64,000 bases of DNA from Alphaproteobacteria bacterium (GTDB taxonomy: Bacteria; Pseudomonadota; Alphaproteobacteria; CALKHQ01). The stretch covers positions 672,001-736,000 of the forward strand of contig CBDDFZ010000002.1 of assembly GCA_965227515.1 (NCBI GenBank). Reading direction: 5' to 3'. The notes below the pieces were generated by a model. That model ran no database searches. It was not told the DNA's origin and saw only the letters and a program-made list of their open reading frames with translations. Of this stretch, positions 9,135 through 18,203 are shown one piece after another. The position numbers were made by a program, and so were the translations under genes. Position 1 is the stretch's first letter. The number at the start of each line of letters is the position of its first letter.

Positions 9135-10238
9135 CTAGCTCTCGCCAACCATGACAGGCTGGCCCGGCTGCAGGCGTTCGTTGCCGCGGATGATCGCCAG
9201 GTCGCCGGCGGCGAGCCCGGACAGTACCTGGAACCGGTCGCCGTCCGCCTCGCCAAGCTGCACCGGCCGGATCTGGGCGGTGCCGTCGGCGACGACGAAG
9301 ACGATGGTGCCCTGGGGGCTGGCGATCACCGCATCCTTGTGCACGGTGACCACGCTGACGTTCTCGCCGGCCGGCAAGTTCACGGTGACCGACTGGTTCG
9401 ACGCCAGTTCCTTGTTGGTCGGGCCGAACGTGGGGCTGAACCGGACCAGCCGGGTGCGGGTCAGCGGGTTTTCCTCCGGCACGATGGCGCGCAGCACGGC
9501 CGTGTGCTCGGTGCGGTCGTCCAGCACGATCCGCACGTTGGTGCCCACCGACAGCCCTTGCAGGCGGGCCGTCGGCACGTCGGCCTCCACCTCCAGATCC
9601 TGGTCGTTGACCAGACGGACCACGGGCTGGCCCAAATTCAGGAAGTCGCCGTCGGTGATATAGAGTTCCGCCACCACGCCGGGGAACGGCGCGGTGATCG
9701 TGCTGTCGGTCAGGTTCTCGGTCGCCAGCTCCAGTTCGGCCGCGGCCCTCAACACCATCGCCTCGGCGCGGCGCACATCGCTGCGCGCGGCCGCCGTCAC
9801 CGCGACCTGGCTGTCGTAGTTCGCCTGGTTGAACGCCGCCGACGAGCGCAGATTGGCCAGCCGCGCGAGCTCACGCTCGGCCTGGGTCAATAGCGCCTGT
9901 GCCGCCTCGACCGCCGCTTCCTGCTCGGTCTGCGCGGCGGTGGCCAAGTCGACCGCCATCGCCAGCCGGGCGGTGTCCAGCACCGCCAGCACGTCGCCGA
10001 TCTGGACCCGGCTGCCGACATCGACCTCGACGGCTTCCACCGGACCGCCGACCCGCGCCGCGACGTCGCCGACCTGGCGCGAAATCAGGCGGCCGCTGAC
10101 CGGCAGGGTCTGCGTCATCATCCCGTCGACCACCTCGTCGACGACCACCAGCGCGGCCTGCTGGGCAAGCCCCGCCCCGGCGGTGGCCGCCAGGGCCGCA
10201 GCCGCAATCAGTGGTGCCAGGATCAGTCGCATGCGCAT
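9135..10238 (-). CDS. RND membrane fusion protein (periplasmic adaptor)
   Basis: Signal peptide; lipoyl half-motifs VDVGSRVQIGDVLA and ITAPFPGVV; coiled hairpin; LQPGQPV end; start 10238 or 10232. Confidence 0.9.
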   Translation of the reverse strand: MRMRLILAPLIAAAALAATAGAGLAQQAALVVVDEVVDGMMTQTLPVSGRLISRQVGDVAARVGGPVEAVEVDVGSRVQIGDVLAVLDTARLAMAVDLATAAQTEQEAAVEAAQALLTQAERELARLANLRSSAAFNQANYDSQVAVTAAARSDVRRAEAMVLRAAAELELATENLTDSTITAPFPGVVAELYITDGDFLNLGQPVVRLVNDQDLEVEADVPTARLQGLSVGTNVRIVLDDRTEHTAVLRAIVPEENPLTRTRLVRFSPTFGPTNKELASNQSVTVNLPAGENVSVVTVHKDAVIASPQGTIVFVVADGTAQIRPVQLGEADGDRFQVLSGLAAGDLAIIRGNERLQPGQPVMVGES

Positions 10239-10455
10239 GCCGGTTTGCCTCGTCAAGACCGTCGATTTATGCCTGCACAATCCATTCCAACAATCGCCAA
10301 CCTGCAGGCGGGTCGACGACCAACGGCACACCGGCATTTCCAGTGTTGTGAGCGCGTGCAGGCCGGCATCTGTTCCGGGCACATGCACCGAATGGGCATA
10401 TGCCATGAAAGGATGCGGTCGCACCGTGCCGAGCAATTCGTGTAGCATATAGCGT

Positions 10456-11403
10456 ATGGGGACACGACTATACAGCCATCCTTGCTTCGCCGATCACGAT
10501 ACCGGGCCGCACCATCCGGAGCAGCCCGACCGTGTGCGCGTGATCGAGGATGCATTGGCCGATCCGGCCTTCGACAAGCTTGAGCGGGTGACGCCGCCGG
10601 AGGCGGGCGTCGACACCATCGCGCTGCTGCATCCGCGCGACTTCGTGGAGGCGGCGCTGAAGGCGATGCCGGCCGAGGGGCTGGCGGCGTTCGATGCCGA
10701 CACCATCGTCTCGCCGGGCAGTCACGAGGCGGTGCTGCGCGCCATCGGCGGGGTGTGCGACGCGGTGGACGCGGTGGTGACGGGCGATGCCGACAACGCC
10801 TTCTGCGCCGTGCGGCCGCCGGGCCACCATGCCGAGGCCGCGCGCGCCATGGGGTTCTGCGTGTTCAACGCCGTCGCCATCGCCGCGCGCCACGCCCAGG
10901 TCAATCACGACCTCGGCCGGGTCGCGGTGGTCGACTTCGACGTTCATCACGGCAACGGCACCCAGGCCCTGTTCTGGGACCACGAGACGCTGTTCTACGG
11001 CTCCACCCACCAGTGGCCGTTCTATCCGGGTACCGGCGACCGCTCGGAGACCGGGGTCGGCAACATCGCCAACGCGCCGTTGTCGGCCGGCGCCGATTCA
11101 GCCCTGTTCCGCAAGGCGATGGACGAGCGCATCCTGCCGGCGCTGCATGCATTCAAGCCGGAACTGCTGATCGTATCGGCCGGGTTCGATGCCCATCGCG
11201 ACGACCCGTTGGGCGGCTTGCGGCTGGAGACCGAGGACTTCACCTGGGTCACCGAACGGCTGTGCGACGTGGCCGACGACTGCTGCGACGGGCGGGTGGT
11301 GTCGGCCCTGGAAGGCGGCTATGACCTGGACGCGCTGGCCGACAGCGCGGCGGTCCATGTCGCCGCCCTGATGGCCGCCGCCGAAAGATCCGGAGCACAC
11401 TGA
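10456..11403 (+). CDS. Histone deacetylase / acetylpolyamine amidohydrolase family protein
   Basis: HPEQPDR, RPPGHH, DFDVHHGNGT, SAGFDAHRDDPL, LEGGY. Confidence 0.95.
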   Translation: MGTRLYSHPCFADHDTGPHHPEQPDRVRVIEDALADPAFDKLERVTPPEAGVDTIALLHPRDFVEAALKAMPAEGLAAFDADTIVSPGSHEAVLRAIGGVCDAVDAVVTGDADNAFCAVRPPGHHAEAARAMGFCVFNAVAIAARHAQVNHDLGRVAVVDFDVHHGNGTQALFWDHETLFYGSTHQWPFYPGTGDRSETGVGNIANAPLSAGADSALFRKAMDERILPALHAFKPELLIVSAGFDAHRDDPLGGLRLETEDFTWVTERLCDVADDCCDGRVVSALEGGYDLDALADSAAVHVAALMAAAERSGAH

Positions 11404-11682
11404 ATGAGTGACAAGACCGCTGCCGCGCAGCCCACCGGCGGAGAACTGCCGGATGACATCCAGCAGATGACCTTCGAGCAGGCGCTCGCGGCGCTGGAGG
11501 AGATCGTGAAGGCGCTCGAATCGGGCGATGGCGGGCTCGACGACGCCATTGCCGCCTATGAGCGCGGCGCGCTGTTGAAGCGCCATTGCGAGACCAAGCT
11601 GCGTGAGGCCGAGGCCAAGGTGCAGAAGATCACATTGGGCGCCGACGGGTCGGTCTCCGCCCAACCCGCAGACTTCGAATGA
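11404..11682 (+). CDS. xseB: Exodeoxyribonuclease VII small subunit
   Basis: MTFEQALAALEEIV..LE..L.DAIAAYERG; lies before ispA. Confidence 0.95.
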   Translation: MSDKTAAAQPTGGELPDDIQQMTFEQALAALEEIVKALESGDGGLDDAIAAYERGALLKRHCETKLREAEAKVQKITLGADGSVSAQPADFE

Positions 11683-11701
11683 GCAGCCCCGCCGCAGCAA
11701 C

Positions 11702-12628
11702 ATGAGCACTGACCTGGCGGCGGCGCTGGACCGCACGTCCGCTGCCGTCGATGCCGACCTGGAAGCCTGCCTGCCGCGCGGGGCCAGTGGTTCTGCCAGT
11801 GGTTCTACCAGTGGTTCTGGGGGGCGCATGGGCCGGCTGGCCGATGCGATGCGCCATTCGGTCTTCGCCGGCGGCAAGCGGTTGCGCCCGTTCCTGGTGA
11901 TCGAGACCGCGCGCATGCTGGGGGCAGAGGGTGCCGCCGTCCTGCGCACCGCCAGCGCGGTGGAGATGATCCACGCCTATTCGCTGATCCACGACGACCT
12001 GCCGGCGATGGACGACGCCGACCTCCGGCGCGGCAAGCCGAGCTGCCATGTCGCGTTCGACGAGGCGACCGCGATCCTGGCCGGCGACGCCTTGCAGGCG
12101 CTGGCGTTTGAGGTGCTGGCCGCGCCAGAGCCGATCACGGATGCCGCCATGCGGGCAGCCCTGGTCCATGGGTTGGGCCGGGCGGCCGGCGCGCTCGGCA
12201 TGTGCGGCGGTCAGATGATCGACCTGGCGTCGGAGGGCGAGGCGCTGACCCGCGCGGAGCTTGAAGATTTGCAGGCGCGCAAAACAGGTGCGCTGATCGC
12301 GTTCGCCTGCGATGCCGGCGCGATCCTGGCCGGCGCGAACGAGGGCGACCGCGCGGCGGTGGGCCGTTATGCCGAGGTGCTGGGCCGCGCCTTTCAGATC
12401 GCCGACGACGTGCTGGACGCCAGCGGCGATGCGGCTGCGATGGGCAAGGCCGCCGGTGCCGACAGCGATGCCGGCAAGGCGACCTTCGTCGCCGTGCTCG
12501 GGCTGGACAATGCCCGCGCCGAGGCCCGACGACTCGCCGACGATGCCGCCGCTGCGCTGGCGCCCTTCGGGTGCCGCGCCGACCTGCTCCGCGCCGCCGC
12601 CGATTTCGCGGTCAATCGCTCCAACTAG
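11702..12628 (+). CDS. ispA: Farnesyl diphosphate synthase (polyprenyl synthetase)
   Basis: GGKRLRP, LIHDDLPAMD, RRGKP, GGQMID, KTGAL, FQIADDVLD. Confidence 0.93.
   Translation: MSTDLAAALDRTSAAVDADLEACLPRGASGSASGSTSGSGGRMGRLADAMRHSVFAGGKRLRPFLVIETARMLGAEGAAVLRTASAVEMIHAYSLIHDDLPAMDDADLRRGKPSCHVAFDEATAILAGDALQALAFEVLAAPEPITDAAMRAALVHGLGRAAGALGMCGGQMIDLASEGEALTRAELEDLQARKTGALIAFACDAGAILAGANEGDRAAVGRYAEVLGRAFQIADDVLDASGDAAAMGKAAGADSDAGKATFVAVLGLDNARAEARRLADDAAAALAPFGCRADLLRAAADFAVNRSN
11783..11818. repeat. Three 12-bp in-frame tandem repeats in ispA (ASGS-ASGS-TSGS)
   Basis: gccagtggttct gccagtggttct accagtggttct. Confidence 0.9.
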
Positions 12629-12648
12629 CGGCCTCTGAAACGCCGAAA

Positions 12649-12796
12649 TCCCCCTCACCCTCCCATCCGGCTGCGCCGGACGGGTCCCTCCCTCTCCCAC
12701 AGGGGGAGAGGGACCAGGTTGCGCGTCAGATAGCCCCTCCTCCCCGTGCGGGAGAGGGAGGGGCCCAGACCGATAGGTCTGGGAGGGTGAGGGGGA
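12649..12796. repeat. Palindromic MITE/REP-like element with 17-bp perfect terminal inverted repeats
   Basis: TCCCCCTCACCCTCCCA (12649-12665) and its reverse complement (12780-12796); internal CCCTCTCCC..GGGAGAGGG hairpins; between convergent genes. Confidence 0.8.
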
Positions 12797-12833
12797 CGTC
12801 ACATGGGCTGCCGTGGAAAGGCGGCTGGTCTCG

Positions 12834-13583
12834 TCACCACGGCATCGTGCCGCTGTTGGCGGAGAACGTGCCGGTCGGGCCGTCGGGACCGATCAGCGCC
12901 ATGTGGACCGGGTGGCGCGCGCCTTGCTCGACCGTCTGAGTGCCCTGAAAGCTGTTCAGGTCGGTCGCCGTGAAGCCGGGGCAGACCGCGTTGACCTTGA
13001 TGCCGCTGTCTTCAAGGTCGATGGCCAACGCCAGCGTCACCGCGTTGAATGCGGTCTTGGACGACGAGTAGACGCCGTATTTGTCCCGGTTCGGGCTGTC
13101 GGGCTGGGACTGGATCGCCAGCGAGCCGGCGCCGCTGGAGACATTGACGATGCGCCCGGCCGGTGCCGCGCGCAGCAACGGCAGCATGGCCTGGGTCAAG
13201 GCGAGCGGCCCGAACACGTTGGTCTGGAAAACCGCGCGCACCTCATCGAGAGAAGCGGTGCTGAGATGGTTCCCCTCGAGAATCTGCTCGAACGGCAACC
13301 CAGGTGCCCCGGTATGCGCGATGCCGGCATTGTTCACCAGCACGTCGAGCCTGCCGTACGCGCTGCGCACATGCGCCGCCGCGGCCGCGATCGAGGCGCC
13401 GTCGGTGACGTCGAGTTGGATGGGATGGGCGCCTTCACGGATGCTGTCGGCCGCGGCCTTTCCCTTCCCGAGATCGCGCGAACCGACCAGGATAGTGAGC
13501 CCAGCGGCGGCCAGGTCCTTGGCGATTTGTAGGCCGATGCCCTTGTTGGCTCCGGTGACCAGGGCAACGCGATTGTCGTGCAT
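12834..13583 (-). CDS. Short-chain dehydrogenase/reductase (carbonyl reductase-like)
   Basis: TGANKGIG, NNAG, NVSS, YSSSK, VCPGFTATD. Confidence 0.95.
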   Translation of the reverse strand: MHDNRVALVTGANKGIGLQIAKDLAAAGLTILVGSRDLGKGKAAADSIREGAHPIQLDVTDGASIAAAAAHVRSAYGRLDVLVNNAGIAHTGAPGLPFEQILEGNHLSTASLDEVRAVFQTNVFGPLALTQAMLPLLRAAPAGRIVNVSSGAGSLAIQSQPDSPNRDKYGVYSSSKTAFNAVTLALAIDLEDSGIKVNAVCPGFTATDLNSFQGTQTVEQGARHPVHMALIGPDGPTGTFSANSGTMPW

Positions 13584-13641
13584 GGTAGTCTCCTGATTGG
13601 ATCTGACGCGGGCTGACGCTGCCCGAGATGAAATCAACAAT

Positions 13642-13681
13642 ACGGAATGATGTTCCGTTTAAGATACGGAACGATGTTCCG
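13642..13681. promoter_or_regulatory. Two tandem palindromic operators, probably bound by the adjacent TetR protein
   Basis: ACGGAAtgatgTTCCGT (13642-13658) and ACGGAAcgatgTTCCG (13666-13681), 24 bp apart, in the SDR/TetR divergent gap. Confidence 0.75.
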
Positions 13682-13698
13682 AATATCAAGGGGCCGAG

Positions 13699-14307
13699 GT
13701 GACGACCGGGAAGACGAACCAGGATGTGGGGGAGGGGCTGCCGGGCCGCGCTTTGAGGGCCGACGCGCGGCGCAGCACGGATGCGCTGCTGGAAGCGGCC
13801 AAGACCGTGTTCGCGACATCGGGCGTCGATGCCCCGGTGCGAGAGATCGCGGCCAAAGCGGGCGTCGGCATCGGGACGGTCTACCGCAACTTCCCGCAGC
13901 GCTCGGACCTCATCGCTGCCGTGTTTCGCCGCGAGGTCGATGCCTTCGCCGAGGCAGGGCAGGGGTTCGCCGACACGCATCCACCGTTCGATGCACTCGT
14001 CCAGTGGGCGCAGCGTTACATGGCATTTCTCACCACCAAGCGCGGCCTCGCTGCGGCGCTGTACTCGAACGATCCGGCGTACGAGGCGCTGCCCGGCTAT
14101 TTCCGCGACCGGCTGGAGCCAGTCACGCAGGCGTTGCTGGCCAGGGCGGTGGAGGCTGGCGAAGTACGCGCCGATGTCGAGCCATGGGAGTTGCTGCGTG
14201 CCATCGGCAGCCTCGCCGCGACGGCGGAAGCCAGCGGCGCGGAAACAGCGCGGCGCATGATCGCGTTGTTGCTAGACGGGCTGCGCTATGGCGCGGGCGC
14301 GAATTAG
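13699..14307 (+). CDS. TetR/AcrR-family transcriptional regulator
   Basis: RADARR..LLEAAK.VF; HTH IAAKAGVGIGTVYRNFP; LLLDGLRY end. Confidence 0.95.
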   Translation: MTTGKTNQDVGEGLPGRALRADARRSTDALLEAAKTVFATSGVDAPVREIAAKAGVGIGTVYRNFPQRSDLIAAVFRREVDAFAEAGQGFADTHPPFDALVQWAQRYMAFLTTKRGLAAALYSNDPAYEALPGYFRDRLEPVTQALLARAVEAGEVRADVEPWELLRAIGSLAATAEASGAETARRMIALLLDGLRYGAGAN

Positions 14308-15275
14308 CCCTTCTTCTCGCCCACCGCGATCAGGCAGTCGCCGTGGCCGGTGAGGCCGGCAAGGCAGAGCCAGGGGAACAGCAGGCCGCGCCACAGGCCC
14401 ATCAGCCCCATCACCAGCAGCGGGTTGCGCAGCGCGCGCAGGGGCTTCGGCGGGCGGGCGAACAGGGCGGCGACGGTGGACTGGGTGACCCAGATTGCAG
14501 GGGTCTGGGTGCGCACCGGCCGCGCCGCGAACCCGGTACGGCCCAGCGCGTCGGCCACGTCCTGCGCGCGGAAGTGGGTGATGTGGAACGGCACGTGCCA
14601 GTTGATCCACATCTTGCCGAACACGCCACGGAACCAGCTCCTGGCGTTCGGGCAACTGATCCAGACCTGGCCGCCCGGCGCCAGCAGCCGATGGATGTCG
14701 CGCAGCATGGCGTCGGGGTCCAGCGCGTGCTCCAGCACCTGGCTGATCACGATGACGTCGTAGCGGTGCGGCGGGTCGAAGTCGGCCAGATCGGCCTCGT
14801 GCACTTCGAACCCCTTGTCGCGGGCGGCGGCGGCGGCGACCGGGTTGAACTCCAGCCCGTCGGCGCGGAACCCGTTGCCGCGGTAGGCGACCATCTTGCG
14901 CCCCTCGTTGCAGCCGACGTCGAGCAGCCGGTTGCGGTCGGGCGCCGGCGGGCGCCATGCCTCGAACGAGATGTCGCCGTCGATGGCCAGGAATGCACGG
15001 TAGAGCGGCCCGCTCAGCAGCTTGGCGCGCAGCCGGGTATAGAGCCCATCCTTGGACCCGCCGAAATTGTAGTGCTTGGCGTAGAGGTCCTTTAGCTCGT
15101 CCGCTGTCGGGCGCGGCATGGTCTGTTCCAGCCCGCAGGCGTCGCAGCGCACGATGTCATAGGCGGCTTCGACCCCGAAGCGGGTGTCGCGCACGCCGAC
15201 CAGCACGGGCGAGAAGCTGTCGCCGTCGCACACCGCACACACGGTCCGGGGATTGGCCTCGGGCGCCGCGCTCAT
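14304..15275 (-). CDS. Class I SAM-dependent methyltransferase (glycan-cluster type, N-terminal CxxC...CxxC)
   Basis: CAVC, RCDACGL, LLDVGCNEG, QVLEHALDP, HVPFHITHF; start overlaps the GT2 stop. Confidence 0.88.
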   Translation of the reverse strand: MSAAPEANPRTVCAVCDGDSFSPVLVGVRDTRFGVEAAYDIVRCDACGLEQTMPRPTADELKDLYAKHYNFGGSKDGLYTRLRAKLLSGPLYRAFLAIDGDISFEAWRPPAPDRNRLLDVGCNEGRKMVAYRGNGFRADGLEFNPVAAAAARDKGFEVHEADLADFDPPHRYDVIVISQVLEHALDPDAMLRDIHRLLAPGGQVWISCPNARSWFRGVFGKMWINWHVPFHITHFRAQDVADALGRTGFAARPVRTQTPAIWVTQSTVAALFARPPKPLRALRNPLLVMGLMGLWRGLLFPWLCLAGLTGHGDCLIAVGEKKG

Positions 15276-16201
15276 CGGTCGAGATAGGCCCGGTACTTGG
15301 TCGACATCGCCGAGTTCGGGTCCTTCAGCTCGGTCAGCTTCAGGCTGATCTGGTACTCGTGGAACGCACGCAGCAGGCAGTAGCGGAAGCCGATGCGGCC
15401 ATCCAGGAAGCCCATCTTGAATACGTACATGTAGAGGAACACGCACACCGAGCGCGCCGGCAGGTGGCGGTAGGCGAAGTTCTTCAGCGCCCGCCTGCGT
15501 CCCGGCCCCTTGGATCGGATATCGGCCTTGATGGCTTCCGTCCCGCGCCCGGTCAGCCGCCGGTGCACCTCCACCGCCTCCAGGCTGGTGTAGACGTTAT
15601 GGCGGTCCAGATAGCGCTCGATGCCCTTGTAGTCGTGGTGGACGAAGTGGTTCTTCAGGTAGCCGCTGTCGCCGTCCACCACCATGTGCTCGTGGACGAT
15701 GCGGTCCTCATAGCGGGCACGGCCACGCCGGAACAGCCGGAGCTGGTAATCGGGGTACATGCCGCCGTGCTTGATCCACTTGCCGGCGAACAGGTTCTGG
15801 CGCGCGATGTAGTAGCCGGCGGGCCCGTCGTCCCGCCACGCGCGGATGACCTCCTGGATCTCCGCCGCCAGTTCCGGCGTCACCCGCTCGTCGGCGTCGA
15901 CCCACAAGATCCAGTCGTGGGAGAAGTCGATGTTCTCGATTGCCCAGTTCTTGTGCACCGAGAACACGTCGAACACCCGCTGCTCGACGCGCGCACCCGC
16001 CGCGCGGGCGAGATCCAGCGTGCTGTCGTCGCTGTAGCTGTCGTAGACGATGACCTCGTCGGCAAAGGCGACGCAGGCCAGGCAGTCGGCCAGGTTGCGT
16101 TCTTCGTTCTTGGTCGGCACCACCACCGACAGCGGAGCCCTGGGCGTGTCGGTGTGGCGCGCAGTTGTCGCGGGTGTGGCGGCGTCTTCCAGCCGTGTCA
16201 T
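15272..16201 (-). CDS. Glycosyltransferase family 2
   Basis: SVVVPTKNEE, DSYSDDST, WVDADE, GFLDGR.G. Confidence 0.92.
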   Translation of the reverse strand: MTRLEDAATPATTARHTDTPRAPLSVVVPTKNEERNLADCLACVAFADEVIVYDSYSDDSTLDLARAAGARVEQRVFDVFSVHKNWAIENIDFSHDWILWVDADERVTPELAAEIQEVIRAWRDDGPAGYYIARQNLFAGKWIKHGGMYPDYQLRLFRRGRARYEDRIVHEHMVVDGDSGYLKNHFVHHDYKGIERYLDRHNVYTSLEAVEVHRRLTGRGTEAIKADIRSKGPGRRRALKNFAYRHLPARSVCVFLYMYVFKMGFLDGRIGFRYCLLRAFHEYQISLKLTELKDPNSAMSTKYRAYLDR

Positions 16202-16331
16202 CGATCCATCCATGGGGGCATGCTAACCCGCGAGCAGGAAACGACTCTTAAACGCAGATGGCCTGTTGTAGTCCTTACGCGCGGCATTCGCGACCCTGAC
16301 TCGGCCCCCGAAAGCATCCGGACCCCGGCAG

Positions 16332-18143
16332 ATGTGCGGCATCAACCTGATCTTTGGCTATGGCGACGACGCCCCGCCGGTCGACGAGGCCGCGGTGCTG
16401 GCGACCCGCGATGCCATGCAGCCGCGCGGGCCGGACGGTGCCGGCCTGTGGGTCGACGAGGGCAGGCGGGTCGGCCTGGGCCACCGGCGGCTGGCGATCA
16501 TCGACCTCAGCGAGGCCGGCGCGCAGCCGATGCACACCGCCGATGGCAAGCTGACCATCACCTACAACGGCGAGATCTACAATTACCGCGAACTGAAGGC
16601 TGAGCTGGAGGCGGAGGGCGTCGCGTTCCACTCCGACAGCGATACCGAGGTGATGCTCCACCTCTATCGCCGCGACGGCCCGGCGATGTTGGAGTGCCTG
16701 CGCGGCATGTTCGCGCTGGCGATCTGGGACGCCGACAAGCAGGGCATGCTGCTGGCGCGCGACCCGTTCGGCATCAAGCCGCTCTACATGGCCGACGACG
16801 GGCGCACGCTGAGCGCCGCGAGCCAGGTGAAGGCGCTGATCGCGGGCGGGGTGGCGCCGGGTTCGGCGAACCCCGCCGGTCATGTCGGGTTCTTCCTGCT
16901 CGGCTACGTGCCGGAGCCGCATACGCTCCACGCCAACATCACCGCGTTGCCGGCCGGGCACTGGCGCTGGATTGACCGCAATGGCGGCGACCGCACCGAG
17001 TGCTATGCCGATATCGCGCGCATCGTCACCGAGGCGACGCCGGCCACCGACAGCGCCAATCTGGCCGCCGCCCTGGCGGACAGCGTGACGGCCCATCTGG
17101 TCGCCGACGTGCCGGTCGGCGTGTTCCTGTCCGCCGGGCTCGATTCCACCACCATCGCCGCGCTGGCGACCCAGTCCGCCAAGACCAGCCTGCGCACGGT
17201 CACCCTGGGGTTCGAGGAGTTCAAGGGCAGCATTCACGACGAGGTGCCGCTGGCCGAAGAGATGGCGCGTGCGCTGGGCAGCGATCACACAACGGTCTGG
17301 GTTTCCGGCAGCGATTTTGCCGAGGCGGCCAGCGATGTGCTGGCGGCAATGGACCAGCCCTCCATCGACGGCGTGAACAGCTATTTCGTCGCCAAGGTGA
17401 CGGCCGGCACCGGGCTGAAGGTGGCGCTGTCCGGCCTGGGCGGCGACGAGCTGTTCGCGGGCTATCCGAGCTTCCAGCAGGTGCCGGCCCTGGTCTCCCG
17501 CTTCGGCTGGCTGGGGCGGATGGGCGGACCGGCGCGCCTGTTGCGGCGGCTGACGGCGCCGGTCGCAGGTCGCCTGACCTCGCCGAAATATGCCGGCGTG
17601 GCCGAATACGCCGACAGCATCGCGCGCGGCTATTTCCTGCGCCGCAGCCTCTATATGCCGTGGGAGTTGGCGAGCGTTTTGGACCGCGACATGGTCCGCC
17701 AGGGACTTGCCGACCTGGGCCTGGACGCGCGCATGGCGCGAACCGCCAATGGGGCGCGACCGCGCCAGGCGCTGTCGGCGCTGGAACTCTCCTGGTACAT
17801 GCGCAGCCAACTGTTGCGCGACGCCGACTGGGCCGGCATGGCCCATTCGCTGGAGGTCAGGGTGCCGCTGGTCGACATCGCGCTGTTGCGTACGGTGACG
17901 CCGCTGATCGCAAGCCGGAACCCACCGGGCAAGCGCGACATGGCGGCGGCCCCGGCCACCCCGTTGCCCGACGCCATCCTCAACCGCCCGAAGACCGGTT
18001 TCTCGGTTCCGGTGCGCGACTGGCTGATGCAGGGCGCGCTGGCGGATGCCGCCGCAACAGCCGACTCCAATGCCCAACGGGGCCTGCGCGGCTGGTCTCA
18101 GCACGTCTATCGTCACGCGGCGGGTCAAGGTGTGCTCGGTTGA
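16332..18143 (+). CDS. asnB: Asparagine synthase (glutamine-hydrolysing) family amidotransferase
   Basis: N-terminal MCGI, RGPD, YNGEIYNY, SDTEV, ARDPFGIKPLY, FLSAGLDS, SGLGGDELF, EVRVP. Confidence 0.93.
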   Translation: MCGINLIFGYGDDAPPVDEAAVLATRDAMQPRGPDGAGLWVDEGRRVGLGHRRLAIIDLSEAGAQPMHTADGKLTITYNGEIYNYRELKAELEAEGVAFHSDSDTEVMLHLYRRDGPAMLECLRGMFALAIWDADKQGMLLARDPFGIKPLYMADDGRTLSAASQVKALIAGGVAPGSANPAGHVGFFLLGYVPEPHTLHANITALPAGHWRWIDRNGGDRTECYADIARIVTEATPATDSANLAAALADSVTAHLVADVPVGVFLSAGLDSTTIAALATQSAKTSLRTVTLGFEEFKGSIHDEVPLAEEMARALGSDHTTVWVSGSDFAEAASDVLAAMDQPSIDGVNSYFVAKVTAGTGLKVALSGLGGDELFAGYPSFQQVPALVSRFGWLGRMGGPARLLRRLTAPVAGRLTSPKYAGVAEYADSIARGYFLRRSLYMPWELASVLDRDMVRQGLADLGLDARMARTANGARPRQALSALELSWYMRSQLLRDADWAGMAHSLEVRVPLVDIALLRTVTPLIASRNPPGKRDMAAAPATPLPDAILNRPKTGFSVPVRDWLMQGALADAAATADSNAQRGLRGWSQHVYRHAAGQGVLG

Positions 18144-18203
18144 CACCTCTCGCGCGGTTGTCCACAGTCCGGCCAGCATTCTCGCGCGTCGGAGGAATGA
18201 TCG

